Source: Candidatus Poribacteria bacterium
GTDB lineage: Bacteria; Poribacteria; WGA-4E; JAJDTR01
Direction: 5' to 3'
Length of the DNA: 64,000 nucleotides
NCBI GenBank assembly: GCA_965222225.1
Contig: CBDCTK010000002.1
Coordinates: 1,632,001-1,696,000, forward strand
In this document: positions 42,252-53,379 of the stretch, piece after piece
Numbering within the stretch: the stretch's first letter is position 1
Layout of the letters: the number at the start of each line of letters is the position of its first letter
Program-made: the position numbers and the translations under genes
Notes under the pieces: generated by a model
Told to the model about the DNA's origin: nothing
Database searches by the model: none
Seen by the model: the letters and a program-made list of their open reading frames with translations, nothing else

Positions 42252-42965
42252 ATGTCCACAAACTCCTCAATAGAATGGACCGAAACCACTTGGAATCCGG
42301 TGACCGGCTGTACGAAGATAAGTCACGGTTGCAAATTCTGCTACGCCGAGCGAATGTCCAAGAGGCTTCGAGCCATGGGAGTTGACAAGTACAGAGACGG
42401 GTTTTCAATCACCGTACACGAATCCGCCCTCAAAAATCCACTGAAGTGGCGTAAACCGCGCGTAGTTTTTGTCAATTCCATGTCCGATCTCTTCCATAAG
42501 TCGGTGCCGACGGCGTTCATTGAATCCGTTTTCGAGATTATGAATAGGGCACCTCAACACACGTTTCAGGTACTCACCAAGCGGCCGAGTCGAGTTGCCC
42601 AAATAGACGGGAGATTGAATTGGACGCCGAACATCTGGCTGGGTACAAGCATCGAATCCGAAAAGTGGCTTGGGCGGTTGGAACCGCTCAAGGAAACTGG
42701 CGCCCAGATAAAGTTTTTGTCGATCGAACCGCTGCTCGGGCCATTGCCGGAGATACAGTTGCGAGGAATCGACTGGGTAATTGTCGGCGGTGAATCCGGG
42801 CCTGGCGCAAGGCCAATGCAACCTGACTGGGTGAGAGAGATTCGCGACAACTGTCTTCAGCATGGTGTCCCCTTCTTCTTCAAGCAGTGGGGCGGCGTAT
42901 TCAAGAAGAGAACGGGTAGGACGTTGGATGACGAAATATGGGATCAGATGCCGCAGCGGAAATGA
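42252..42965 (+). CDS. DUF5131 / phage Gp37-Gp68 family protein
   Basis: [57 protein letters not shown]. Confidence 0.92.
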   Translation: MSTNSSIEWTETTWNPVTGCTKISHGCKFCYAERMSKRLRAMGVDKYRDGFSITVHESALKNPLKWRKPRVVFVNSMSDLFHKSVPTAFIESVFEIMNRAPQHTFQVLTKRPSRVAQIDGRLNWTPNIWLGTSIESEKWLGRLEPLKETGAQIKFLSIEPLLGPLPEIQLRGIDWVIVGGESGPGARPMQPDWVREIRDNCLQHGVPFFFKQWGGVFKKRTGRTLDDEIWDQMPQRK

Positions 42966-43069
42966 GCGAGATGAACCAGAACCACATCTCCCGCCTCAAA
43001 CGGCATCATGATTGACAGACGTAAAATATGAAAATGGATAGAATGTTATAAATTGGAGGCACAAACACA

Positions 43070-43261
43070 ATGAAACCTAAAATGACGATGCTCTACTGGA
43101 AATCGGACAAATTTTGGCTAGGAAAGCTCCTTGAACACCCCGAAATAATGACGCAGGGCGAGACCATTGAGGAATTGGAAGAAAATATAAAAGACGCCTA
43201 TCTTCTCATGGCTATGGACGATGTGCCGGAAGAGTATGAGACGAAAGAAATTGCAATATGA
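43070..43261 (+). CDS. hicB: HicB-family antitoxin
   Basis: TQGETIEELEENIKDA. Confidence 0.85.
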   Translation: MKPKMTMLYWKSDKFWLGKLLEHPEIMTQGETIEELEENIKDAYLLMAMDDVPEEYETKEIAI

Positions 43262-43380
43262 AGCGAAGACAGTTTGTTCGCCAACTCTTGAATGAGGGTG
43301 GAGTTATGCTGAGACATGGTGCAAGACACGACATTTATCTAAACCCTGAGACAGGACTCAGGCAACCCGTTCTAAGTTGA
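43258..43380 (+). pseudogene. hicA: Truncated HicA-family toxin
   Basis: ATGA overlap; MKRRQFVRQLLNEGGVMLRHGARHDIYLNPETGLRQPVLS* stops before the usual PRH segment. Confidence 0.8.
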
Positions 43381-43458
43381 CTGTGCAATTGCTTCTTTGG
43401 TCATTTAACGCTGTGAAAAAAGCATGAAACGACTAGCAATTTTCTGGAAAGATGTCTT

Positions 43459-46284
43459 ATGGAACAGAAGTCAATCGATCGCTTAATCGTCAATTCCCCC
43501 TATGAGGAACCGGCGAGGCACTGGACCTATAACCGTGAACGCCGTACCTTCTCGCTCTCGGAGGGACGCCGTCCGGCTGGGTATGTCGTCGCATCCGAAG
43601 GTTCGCGAGCGTTCGATGATCCGGGTCATTTTGTTGAAATCCCTCTCGTTAACCAAATTCGCTCGCGCGTCAAAGCTTGGCGTGACTTCGGGTATCCGGG
43701 CGTCACTGGAATAACGAAACGCTTGCTTGAGCACTGGAATTCGCCAAAGGAGTTTGACGACCGGCCGTTCTTCTTCTGCCAACTGGAAGCCGCCGAGACG
43801 TTGATCTGGCTCGCCGAATCACCCGCCTCCGAAAAGGTCGGGGTGGAAATCCCATCCGATGGCGGAGGATTCCGGCGCTTATGTGCGAAGATGGCAACAG
43901 GTTCGGGGAAGACCGTCGTCATGGGGATGGTGATTGCTTGGCAGATTCTGAACAAGGTTACCAATCCTCAAGATTCTCGGTTCGCCCGAAATGTCTTGGT
44001 GATCGCACCTGGACTCACGGTCAAAAGCAGATTGGCAGTGCTGCAGCCTTCACACCCCGAAAACTATTACCAAGAGTTCGATGTTGTCCCGTCCTCCTTA
44101 CGCGATAAGCTACATCAAGGAAGGGTATTGGTGCGAAACTGGCACGCCCTCAACTGGGAAACCGAGGATAGAATCGCCAAGAAACGCAGCGTGGACAAAC
44201 GAGGTGTCAAAAGTGACGAAGCCTATGTCCGCGAGGTTCTCGGTGAAATGGCAAATACCCGGAACTTGCTGGTCATTAACGACGAAGCGCATCACGCCTG
44301 GCGTGTTGCAGTTGAATCAAAAGTCAGGGGTGTGACGAGGGATCAAATTGATGAGGCGACCAAATGGGTCGGCGGTTTGGATCGTGTCAATAAGGCAAGA
44401 GGCGTTCTTGCTTGCTACGATTTCTCTGCTACTCCCTTCACGCCATCGGGAAAACGGAGTTCGGAGGAGGCATTATTCGGCTGGATTGTGAGCGACTTCG
44501 GATTAAACGACGCTATTGAGTCTGGATTGGTTAAGACGCCGCGCGTTGTTATTCGTGACGATGCCGTCCCCGACGCCGAAACCTACAAATCCCGTCTCTA
44601 CCATATCTACAACGACTCTGAGGTCAAAGACGACCTGAACCGCAAAGCAAGACCCGAGGAACCGTTGCCAGATTTGGTCATGAACGGCTACTACCTACTC
44701 GGCTATGATTGGCGGGAAACCGCGAGGAATTGGGCGAATCGACAGAATAGCACCCCACCGGTGATGATTACCGTCGCTAACCGCACCGAGACAGCGGCGC
44801 GCGTCAAATATGCGTTTGACCATAGCAAGGTGCACATCCCAGAACTCTGCAATCGGGATCGAACACTTCACATCGATTCCAGGGTGCTAAGCACTGCCGA
44901 AGCTGCCGAGGAGCCGATTGCCATGATCTGGGGCGGCGAGGACGAGGCGGATGACGATCACGCGTCTAAACTAACAAAGAAGCAGCAAGCCGAGTTGCTT
45001 CGCCTGAAAGTCGACACTGTAGGTCGGCTAAACAGAGAGGGTGAGAAGATACAGAACGTCATCTCGGTTGGGATGCTTTCGGAGGGCTGGGACGCGAAGA
45101 CCGTGACTCACATCATGGGCTTACGCGCCTTTACCAGCCAACTCCTGTGTGAGCAGGTGGTTGGTCGAGGCCTGCGTCGCACCTCCTACGAAACGAAGAA
45201 ACAAACCGACCCTTCAACCGGGAAAACGATTGAACTCTTTGAGCCCGAGTACGTTAACATCTTCGGCGTTCCCTTCGCGTTTTTGCCGCATGAGTCTGTC
45301 GACGATGTCATTCCCATCCCGCCGCAGCCTAAAACGGCCATTGAGCCGGTAGCAGACAAAGCAAAATTTGAAATCTCTTGGCCCAACGTCATCCGCATAG
45401 ACCACCTTTACCGCCCACGCCTAACGCTTGACCCGCAACGCCTGAAACCGCTCGAACTTGACGCCACTCAGACTGCCCAGATTGCAGAACTTGCACCGAT
45501 TGTTGAAGGCAAGCCGGATATAACGAAGATTCAGGCGATAGATTTAGAGAAGCTGGCACGTGAATTTCGCACACAGCGAATAATCTTTGAGACCGCCCGG
45601 GACGTATATGAACAAATGCACGGCGATTGGCGTGGCAGCAAAGAGTTTCTTCTCGCTCAGCTTGTTCGGCTCGTGGAGCAGTTTATCCGTTCAGACTCAA
45701 TCAGTATCAAACCGGTTTTATTCCTTCAGGACGACCTCAAGCGGCGTCTCATTATCACGCTTAACATGACCGGAGTGGTTCGGCATATCTGGGAGGCAAT
45801 CCGCTTTGAGAATACGGAGAAGCTTGAGCCTGTGTTTGACCGAGATCTGCCAATTCGTGCAACGAGCGATATGGGTATCTGGTATACCGGTAAGCCGTGC
45901 GAATACACGGTGCGAAGTCATATTAACTTCTGTGTATACGATAGTACCTGGGAAGCAACGGAAGCCTTTCAACTGGACAATAATCCCCAAGTAGAAGCTT
46001 GGGCAAAGAACGATCATCTCGGATTTGAAGTGTTCTATATCCACAACGGCGTAGTTCGGAAGTACCGTCCCGACTTTCTCATCCGTCTCAGTTCAGGTGA
46101 TACGTTGGTGTTGGAAACGAAAGGCCGTGAAAGAGATCGGGATAGAACCAAACGTAGATTTCTCAAGGAATGGATTCAGGCGGTCAACGCGCATGGCGGG
46201 TTCGGACGCTGGACTTGTGACGTGTCAAGGGCTCCAAGCGATGTCTTGGATATCCTCACACGGCATTCACAAGAAAAACAGTGA
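43459..46284 (+). CDS. Type III restriction Res subunit (BPTD_3080-like), no adjacent Mod
   Basis: KMATGSGKT, NDEAHH, SATP, MLSEGWD, EQVVGRGLRR, YRPDF...LETKG. Confidence 0.9.
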   Translation: MEQKSIDRLIVNSPYEEPARHWTYNRERRTFSLSEGRRPAGYVVASEGSRAFDDPGHFVEIPLVNQIRSRVKAWRDFGYPGVTGITKRLLEHWNSPKEFDDRPFFFCQLEAAETLIWLAESPASEKVGVEIPSDGGGFRRLCAKMATGSGKTVVMGMVIAWQILNKVTNPQDSRFARNVLVIAPGLTVKSRLAVLQPSHPENYYQEFDVVPSSLRDKLHQGRVLVRNWHALNWETEDRIAKKRSVDKRGVKSDEAYVREVLGEMANTRNLLVINDEAHHAWRVAVESKVRGVTRDQIDEATKWVGGLDRVNKARGVLACYDFSATPFTPSGKRSSEEALFGWIVSDFGLNDAIESGLVKTPRVVIRDDAVPDAETYKSRLYHIYNDSEVKDDLNRKARPEEPLPDLVMNGYYLLGYDWRETARNWANRQNSTPPVMITVANRTETAARVKYAFDHSKVHIPELCNRDRTLHIDSRVLSTAEAAEEPIAMIWGGEDEADDDHASKLTKKQQAELLRLKVDTVGRLNREGEKIQNVISVGMLSEGWDAKTVTHIMGLRAFTSQLLCEQVVGRGLRRTSYETKKQTDPSTGKTIELFEPEYVNIFGVPFAFLPHESVDDVIPIPPQPKTAIEPVADKAKFEISWPNVIRIDHLYRPRLTLDPQRLKPLELDATQTAQIAELAPIVEGKPDITKIQAIDLEKLAREFRTQRIIFETARDVYEQMHGDWRGSKEFLLAQLVRLVEQFIRSDSISIKPVLFLQDDLKRRLIITLNMTGVVRHIWEAIRFENTEKLEPVFDRDLPIRATSDMGIWYTGKPCEYTVRSHINFCVYDSTWEATEAFQLDNNPQVEAWAKNDHLGFEVFYIHNGVVRKYRPDFLIRLSSGDTLVLETKGRERDRDRTKRRFLKEWIQAVNAHGGFGRWTCDVSRAPSDVLDILTRHSQEKQ

Positions 46285-46309
46285 TAAGTCTGGCATAGGG
46301 AAGAATGAC

Positions 46310-47530
46310 TCAGAAATACGCTCGGAATGAGGAAAAGATGACGCTGGGATAACTGCCAAACTCCGATTGAAATTCGGGGGTTTCACTATTCTCAAGGGGC
46401 TTACCGATGCTGAGAAAACCGCCTGCGGAGAGGTAGATATCCTCCGCGATGTTATACTCAACTTGAGGTCCAAACCAGATTGACAAATCGGATAGGTTGA
46501 ACAACATCTGAGCATTTGAGGAAATTAGAGGGGTTAGTTGATAGGAAAATCCGGGGGCAAGATAGTGGATGCCCATTAGATAAACGCTACCTTGGGTGTA
46601 GGCTGGCTGGTTTAAATTGGCGAGGTAATTCTCGGGAGCCTTCGCGCCGACGCCGTTGAAATGATATTCGATGAATCCGTAAGTCTTTTCCCCAAAGCTA
46701 TAATCCAAACCGGTAGAGACACGCAGATAGTTGTTCGCCGTATCGCTATCCTGGCCAAACGATTCGACAAATACGTAAGCCGCCTCAAGCCAAAATCCCG
46801 CCCCACCAATCCCGCGAGCTATATCCAAGCCTGCCAACAGATGTTTCTGAAATCCCACCAATAAAATTGAAAAGTCGGTTTCCACGGCATTTAACTGACT
46901 CCGTAGAAACAAGGCGCTCTTTTCAGAATCGAAACCCTCCCCGAAGATGTAGCCGGTATCCCACTCTCCCATGGCGCCGATCGGAATACGGACTCGAACC
47001 GCATCTACCCCGATACGGTCTTCCGTATCCAGCTGATTGTAGGTGAAAGGAGCGACAACATCGGTTGGGTTCACAATCCGAGCGCTGCCCCAGGCAATTG
47101 CGTCTCGACCAACAGAGATGTCCGCGAAATCCGTACTGAACTCTACAAAAGCTCGATCGAGATTATGATAGATCCCAACGCTGCCGGTTGGATCGCCTTT
47201 GTCTGGATAGATTGGGGAGTCAAGATCTACGACGCGATACTGGCGCGAGGCAATGGAAACAGCTATCGGAGACTGAGAAAAGAGGGAGGGATCTTGAACT
47301 CGCGGCGTAAAGTCGTAGGAGAAGGTAAATGATACCGGAGCTGCCGGCGCGTAGGACAGATTGAGACGGCATCGGTTGACCACCGCGCCCATCATCGGTT
47401 CGTTTTGGAGCGGCGAATCGAAGATTGTGAAAAAGTTCTTGTAGTAGCCTCCGATTTGTAATTCCGCATCGGCGATTTCCACGCGCGGAATTGCCGTCAG
47501 ACAGATAATAAGTGCGAGGATTGCTTTCAT
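46310..47530 (-). CDS. Probable outer-membrane beta-barrel protein
   Basis: Signal peptide; LDRAFV...VGRDAIAWG...NPTD...GVDA; C-terminal FRAYF. Confidence 0.75.
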   Translation of the reverse strand: MKAILALIICLTAIPRVEIADAELQIGGYYKNFFTIFDSPLQNEPMMGAVVNRCRLNLSYAPAAPVSFTFSYDFTPRVQDPSLFSQSPIAVSIASRQYRVVDLDSPIYPDKGDPTGSVGIYHNLDRAFVEFSTDFADISVGRDAIAWGSARIVNPTDVVAPFTYNQLDTEDRIGVDAVRVRIPIGAMGEWDTGYIFGEGFDSEKSALFLRSQLNAVETDFSILLVGFQKHLLAGLDIARGIGGAGFWLEAAYVFVESFGQDSDTANNYLRVSTGLDYSFGEKTYGFIEYHFNGVGAKAPENYLANLNQPAYTQGSVYLMGIHYLAPGFSYQLTPLISSNAQMLFNLSDLSIWFGPQVEYNIAEDIYLSAGGFLSIGKPLENSETPEFQSEFGSYPSVIFSSFRAYF

Positions 47531-47765
47531 TTGTGAATTGGTCAACGACACGGCTTGCGTGCAACGTGAAAAAACCAAAATCCGGACGTGCAATGAATTG
47601 CACTACTACGAACCCAAGAACGTAATGCGTGATAGACGATGCTTTTATATGTGTTCATCTGTGCTCCTCCTTCCAACCTTCCATCCTTCCCCTCTTCCAT
47701 CCTCACGCATTACGCATTGAAGGCGACTGGTGTGGGGGGGCTCCCTACAGGAATGACTGCCCCGG

Positions 47766-48467
47766 TTATTTCATCTCGTCAGTGTCTATTTGCCCGTCGC
47801 GGAGTGTAATCAAACGTCGCGCACTTTCCTTAACCATCGGATCGTGGGTCGAGAAGATGAAAGTCATGCCTGTCTCCACATTGAGACGATTCATTATGGC
47901 AAGCAGGTCGGCGCCGGTTTTCGAGTCCAGGTTCGCGGTCGGCTCATCGGCAAGAATTATGGCAGGCTTGGAGACCATCGCTCGCGCGATGGCGACGCGC
48001 TGCTGCTGCCCGCCTGAGAGTTGGGTCGGATTCCGATTGGCAAGCCCCTTCAGCCCAACCGATTCAAGCATTGATGTGACCCGCTCGTGACGCTCGGCTT
48101 TTGATACTCCTTGCAAGAGCATAATGTATTCGATGTTTTCTTCAACCGTAAGCACGGGAATCAGATTGTAGGCTTGAAAAATGAAACCAATGTTATCACG
48201 CCGAAAATCGGAGAGTTCATTTCCGCTCATGTCAGATAGCACTTTGCCGGCGAGCCACACTTTCCCTTCCGTCGGGTTATCCAAGCCAGAAATAATGTTG
48301 AGAAAGGTCGTTTTGCCCGAGCCAGAGGGGCCCATCAACGCGGTGAATTCTCCCGATCGAATGGTTAAATCAATTCCGCCAAGAGCGTTAACGGGAATCC
48401 CATCAGCCGCATAAACTTTTGTTACGCCTTCCGTGACGATGACATCGTTTTTTTCAGCCTGTTTCAT
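47766..48467 (-). CDS. ABC ATP-binding protein (LolD/MacB-like)
   Basis: GPSGSGKT, LSGGQQQRV, ADEPTANLD, STHD. Confidence 0.95.
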   Translation of the reverse strand: MKQAEKNDVIVTEGVTKVYAADGIPVNALGGIDLTIRSGEFTALMGPSGSGKTTFLNIISGLDNPTEGKVWLAGKVLSDMSGNELSDFRRDNIGFIFQAYNLIPVLTVEENIEYIMLLQGVSKAERHERVTSMLESVGLKGLANRNPTQLSGGQQQRVAIARAMVSKPAIILADEPTANLDSKTGADLLAIMNRLNVETGMTFIFSTHDPMVKESARRLITLRDGQIDTDEMK

Positions 48468-48639
48468 AATAGGTACATAGCGGCAGTGGTTAGTGGTCAG
48501 TAGCTAATAGCAAGCGAGGCTTGACCGCATCTCCTCCCGTCTAGCTTTTCTCCATTGCAACGTTCCTGTTTTCCTGTCTTCCAGCCTTCCTATCTTCCAA
48601 GGCTGGTGCGCAGTGCGCACCCTACATGGGTATGAGTTT

Positions 48640-49869
48640 CTAGAAGCTACGCCGCATGGCGTCTACCGGAGTCATTTTGGCTACGTACCGGGCGGGATAC
48701 AGCCCCGCAATAATAGTGAAAACGAAGATCCATATGGGATAAAGGATGAACTGTCGAACCGCCATAATCGGGTGGATTAACTCCTGCATCGTCACGCCCA
48801 TCATTTCAATGCCGGTATAATCAATACCACGATGCACAAATATTGCAGTCACGAGCCAGCCGAGTGTCGCACCCAAACCGATACTCACAATAGCCAATGC
48901 ACCCGCCTCAAATAGAATGACTTGCGCCATGCGTAAAGGACGAGTCCCAACGGCACGCAGCACACCGAACTCAAACATGCGTTCATACAGCGACATGAAA
49001 AGCGTGTTGACAATTCCGAAGACAACCACACCAAACAACACAATCCCCATGATGTATTTGCTAGTTTGAGACATCTTTAGGATTGCTTCCAATTGCGGCA
49101 AAATCTCAGTCCAGCTTAAAGCTTCGTTGCCGTGTTGGGAATATGCGCCCCAAAACGGCAACGCCGAATCCTGTGCGTATGCGAGCGAGGTAAATTTAAG
49201 CGCGATTTCATGGACACCGTTGCCAATAGCGAGCATCTGTTGTGCTTTATCAATACGAACAAACACCATCCCCCTGTTCATCTCTTCATCGGCAAAGTGA
49301 TAAATGCCGGAAATTCTAAACATCTCTTGGGAGATCTCTCCGCTCTTAGCTTGCGCCACTGTCACGACTACTCTGTGACCAAGACCAACCTCCAAGACTT
49401 CGGCGAGTTTTGTACCAATTACCATATCGCGGCTATTGTCCCCTTCAAAATAAGCACCTTCCGTAATCGCATCATCAACCTTTGACAAGAATTTCTCTGT
49501 GGGAGGATAAACCCCGACGAGATTGATTGCATTAACGTTTGCCGGGGAAGTGATCATCCCGGGGGCGAGCGTCCTTTGCGTGAAATGCCCCACAATGGGT
49601 TCTTCAGCAAGATTCGCAGTCAACTCGTCAAGCGCTCGAATTATCAGCGAGACCTCTCGCTCGCCTCGAAAACCTTCTCGATGAATCTGTGCATCGCCGA
49701 GGAAGGAGGCGGTGGCAGTCTTGATCATGTTCTGTTCCATCCCCATCCAGAACGCATCAACAAAAATCAGGGCGGCCAAGCCGATTCCCATCGCCGTGGA
49801 AGCGATAATCGTGCGCCGTTTGTTGCGAAAGATGTTTTTCCAAGCAAGTTTTGTTAGAATTAGCCACAT
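48640..49869 (-). CDS. FtsX/LolCE-like ABC permease
   Basis: AWKNIFRNKRRT, ERMFEFGVLRAVG, GLYPA. Confidence 0.92.
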   Translation of the reverse strand: MWLILTKLAWKNIFRNKRRTIIASTAMGIGLAALIFVDAFWMGMEQNMIKTATASFLGDAQIHREGFRGEREVSLIIRALDELTANLAEEPIVGHFTQRTLAPGMITSPANVNAINLVGVYPPTEKFLSKVDDAITEGAYFEGDNSRDMVIGTKLAEVLEVGLGHRVVVTVAQAKSGEISQEMFRISGIYHFADEEMNRGMVFVRIDKAQQMLAIGNGVHEIALKFTSLAYAQDSALPFWGAYSQHGNEALSWTEILPQLEAILKMSQTSKYIMGIVLFGVVVFGIVNTLFMSLYERMFEFGVLRAVGTRPLRMAQVILFEAGALAIVSIGLGATLGWLVTAIFVHRGIDYTGIEMMGVTMQELIHPIMAVRQFILYPIWIFVFTIIAGLYPARYVAKMTPVDAMRRSF

Positions 49870-49896
49870 GTTATGAATCGTCTGTTGAACTCTAAT

Positions 49897-51111
49897 TTAA
49901 TGTGTCCGCATCGCCTTTGCAGGCATTATTCGAGCAGCCTTGATTGCCGGAAAGAGGCCGACAACTATCGCCGAAAGCAGAACAGTGATTGCCGGAATAA
50001 TCAGACTTCGCGCATTAACTTCGGCATACATCGTCTCAAATTTGATTCCGCCGTATGTGAATTCCTGTGGGAGCGTAATGCCGTATATGGATAGGAGGTA
50101 ATTTGCCAAAACCCCCAGCACTGCACCTACGCAAATGCTGGCGAGCGCGATGATGGCGACTTCGCAGATTACGAGCCGGAAAATCTGTGTCGGCTTTGTC
50201 CCGACAGCTTTGAGTACCCCGTATTCGCGCGTCCGCTCCAGTACCGACATCAGTACCGAATTTAGGACACCGATGGCGACGATGAGCATAATCACGATGC
50301 GCCCAATGGCATCCCCTTGCTTATCGGCTTGCATGGCTCGATAAAAGGATTTGGCAACTTCCTGCCACGGCGCGACATCAAGCGTTGAATCGTTGAGGCG
50401 TGCCTTGATTGCCTTCGTGATTGTAGGAACTTGGTTAATCTTTGAGACAGTGAGGACAATTTCATGGATGCGCCCCTCAAGGACAAGCAATTCTTGTGCA
50501 TCTTCGAGATTCAGGTAACACGTCACCCGATCCGTGGCGTCGTCACCGCTTTCCAAGATACCAACAATAGTATACACATCGTTCGCAATAGAACCGTCGG
50601 CAGCCTGTGAAAAGAGCACCATCTCACTACCCAGTGTCGCAGAAAGGGTTTTCGCCAGCCCCTTTCCAATCACAATGTGGTGGGAAGGGGTGTCGCCCAT
50701 AACTCTACCATCAATCACTTTCTTGTCAAATCGAGTAGTCTCGGTCTCACGCGCTACGTCCACCCCCATGATTTGTACAGTTGTACTCTTTTCATCAACA
50801 GAACCAAGTCCGGCGCCAAACACTCGCGGTGTCCACGCTTCAACGCCTGCGATGGTTTGAATCGCCTCGCCTACGGCTGAATAGTCGCTGATTGTTTTGT
50901 AGAGCGACGGTTTATTGAGGTACCCCTCCCGATGCACCTGAATGTGCCCGATGCGGTTTCGCGTGAACATCGCGATAATGTTCCCATACGCCCCATCGGA
51001 CCATCCGATGAATACCGAGGACAGCGTAAATCCGACAATCATCGCGAGCGAAGTAAGGATTGTACGCCGCTTTTGGCGAAAGATGTTACGGAATGCAATT
51101 TTGAGTATCAT
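49897..51111 (-). CDS. FtsX/LolCE-like ABC permease
   Basis: AFRNIFRQKRRT, ERTREYGVLKAVG, GLFPA. Confidence 0.92.
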   Translation of the reverse strand: MILKIAFRNIFRQKRRTILTSLAMIVGFTLSSVFIGWSDGAYGNIIAMFTRNRIGHIQVHREGYLNKPSLYKTISDYSAVGEAIQTIAGVEAWTPRVFGAGLGSVDEKSTTVQIMGVDVARETETTRFDKKVIDGRVMGDTPSHHIVIGKGLAKTLSATLGSEMVLFSQAADGSIANDVYTIVGILESGDDATDRVTCYLNLEDAQELLVLEGRIHEIVLTVSKINQVPTITKAIKARLNDSTLDVAPWQEVAKSFYRAMQADKQGDAIGRIVIMLIVAIGVLNSVLMSVLERTREYGVLKAVGTKPTQIFRLVICEVAIIALASICVGAVLGVLANYLLSIYGITLPQEFTYGGIKFETMYAEVNARSLIIPAITVLLSAIVVGLFPAIKAARIMPAKAMRTH

Positions 51112-51270
51112 GATGAGGAACTATGCGTGAGAAAGGCAGTGGCCCGTGACTAGTGGTCAGTGGCTAGTGACAAGATTGGAAAACAGCACACCAATTGACA
51201 TCGATTAGGACTAATCATGTGTGATGTGTAAGACGATCTGTCGCCAGAAGTGTTCCAACCTGCCTGTCTT

Positions 51271-52086
51271 CTATCTCCTTTTCTGGAGGTTTCGGCGTGT
51301 GAAGATTTTGTCGTCGATATTCGAATCGAACTTCGCGTTTACGAACCGGACGACTGTATTGTGTCCCGTCTTGTTTTGAGGGAGCATTTCCATGACGGAA
51401 GGTGTGATTTTGCCATCAAAGGTTTTGATTTCTTTGAAATTCAGGACGCGCATTAAGTTCCCTTGTTCATCATAGAAGTGCTGCCACACCGGAATATAAT
51501 CGCCGGAATGCACCGCAGCGACAATCTTGCCCCAAACGATTGGCGAATCCTCCTTTGGCGTGAGTTGAATGTACAGTTGTCCGGGAACTGCGTCCTCTGG
51601 CTTGATTAACTTATAGGTGTAATCGTTGAGCATGGACGACTCCCTGACGAGATCGTCATTCGTGAAGTCGGAGCCCATCCATGATCCCATCATCATTGAC
51701 GGCGGAATTTTCATCACTTTGTTCGTTTTGGGCAGATAGTTCCACATCTCATTTCCGATGCGCAGCGTTGCCACGCCCAGTTCCTTCTTTGGTGCCGTGA
51801 TTCGGATAAAGGTCTGATCCATCCCTTTTGTCCAGACGGTCATGGCGAGGGTTCGCTCCCAATGCGGCGTGGTAATTTGCATTTCTATTTCGGCATGGCT
51901 GGTCTCACTACGATGGAGTTGATCCATCTTCTTGACGATGGCTTCAACATCAGGAACTGGTTCATCATCTTGCGCGAACATCAAGTAGGGAGTGGTCAAT
52001 ATAAGAAGAAAGCATAGATTCACGCTTAGTATTGCCGCGCGAGTCCTATTTTCAGAGTTCGCCATTCTCTCGGTTATCCTTTTCAA
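51271..52086 (-). CDS. Outer-membrane lipoprotein-sorting (LolA-like) protein
   Basis: MWNYLPK..KVMKIPPSMMMGSWMGSDFTNDD; FTRRNL; start uncertain. Confidence 0.88.
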   Translation of the reverse strand: MKRITERMANSENRTRAAILSVNLCFLLILTTPYLMFAQDDEPVPDVEAIVKKMDQLHRSETSHAEIEMQITTPHWERTLAMTVWTKGMDQTFIRITAPKKELGVATLRIGNEMWNYLPKTNKVMKIPPSMMMGSWMGSDFTNDDLVRESSMLNDYTYKLIKPEDAVPGQLYIQLTPKEDSPIVWGKIVAAVHSGDYIPVWQHFYDEQGNLMRVLNFKEIKTFDGKITPSVMEMLPQNKTGHNTVVRFVNAKFDSNIDDKIFTRRNLQKRR

Positions 52087-53379
52087 ATGTTTGACCGCCT
52101 TGTATGAATTAACTTGTAACGCGCACCCTAGGTTTTATGAGACGCGGATAAGAAACAAGGTGCGGAGGGTGTATAGACTAACCGCCACCCAAATTCCCCA
52201 GTCTTTGTAGAGTAGGCACCGCCCACCATCCAAGCGCCAGCGGCGCGACAGATGTATAAAGCAAGTTGACCGTTACAGAAACCGAGTTTTCACGAAAAAA
52301 CTCGGCTTCTTTCAGCCTACTTTAATATCACCATCCGCCTGATTTGACGGAAAGATGGTGTTGCCAACTGATAGAAATACACGCCGCTTGCCACGCCTTC
52401 ACCGAAATCGTTGCGACCGTCCCAATGGATTGTTTGCGACTGACTCTCGTAGAACCCCGCTGACTTATGCCCCAAATCCAAGCGACGAACCACGACACCA
52501 TTGGTATCATAAATCGTCAACGTAACATCCGCATCCTCCGACAACTGATACGGTATCCACGTCTCCGGGTTAAACGGGTTCGGATAGTTTGGCAATAGCG
52601 CCGTCTCTTTCGGCGTCAGCGCTGCGAGAAGTTGCTCTAAGAAGAGAACGCCCCGCTGCGACGTTGCATCCGTCAACTCAAGCTCACCCGCTTGTGCCAA
52701 CCACTGCCCCACGTCCGCCCTTGTAGGAGCGATCTCCAGGTCGCGATACCAGACTGACGGCGCGGCGGCTGCCTTCCCCAACGCACCCGCAACCATGACT
52801 AAATCCAGGATGTTCACGACCCCATCTCTGTTGACATCTGCATCTAAATCTCGTCCCTCATCCCCGAGAACCGACGCCACCAACACCAAATCCAAGATAT
52901 TCACGACATCGTCCCTGTTGACATCTTGCGGAATAGGGGCAATTCGGCGATTGCCGTAACGCTCTGTGTCAGCTGAATCCCCGTTACCCCCACCTCGACA
53001 GTGTTTGCTCCCGGATTGAGCCCCAACGTGAGGGTGCTTTCTACCCGACCGTTGCTATCCGTCGTGGCGCTAGTTACACTCAGCGTTCCGCCGCCTTTGG
53101 TGACCGTAAACGTAATCGGAACCTCCTCAAACGCATCACCTCTCTCATCTTGCACTTCCACGATAAGTGGCTTTTCAAGTGCCGCTCCGGGCAAGCCCTG
53201 TTGGTCATTCCCTGAAACGATGCGAATTCGCTGAGGCCTGCGGTGGCCAAAGGATACCTCAACTCCTCTTTCCTGTAAGACAGGAATGTGAGTATAGATG
53301 GATGGGTAGCTCAGCGGGTTTCCCCAAAGATTAACCTCATCTCCGCTTCCCAATCCTGTATTCGCTACGAGGGGTGATA

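Noticed and set aside
41989-42408. 139-aa minus-strand ORF in the track
   Set aside because: Overlaps the DUF5131 start; the homologous signal (family X) is in a different frame
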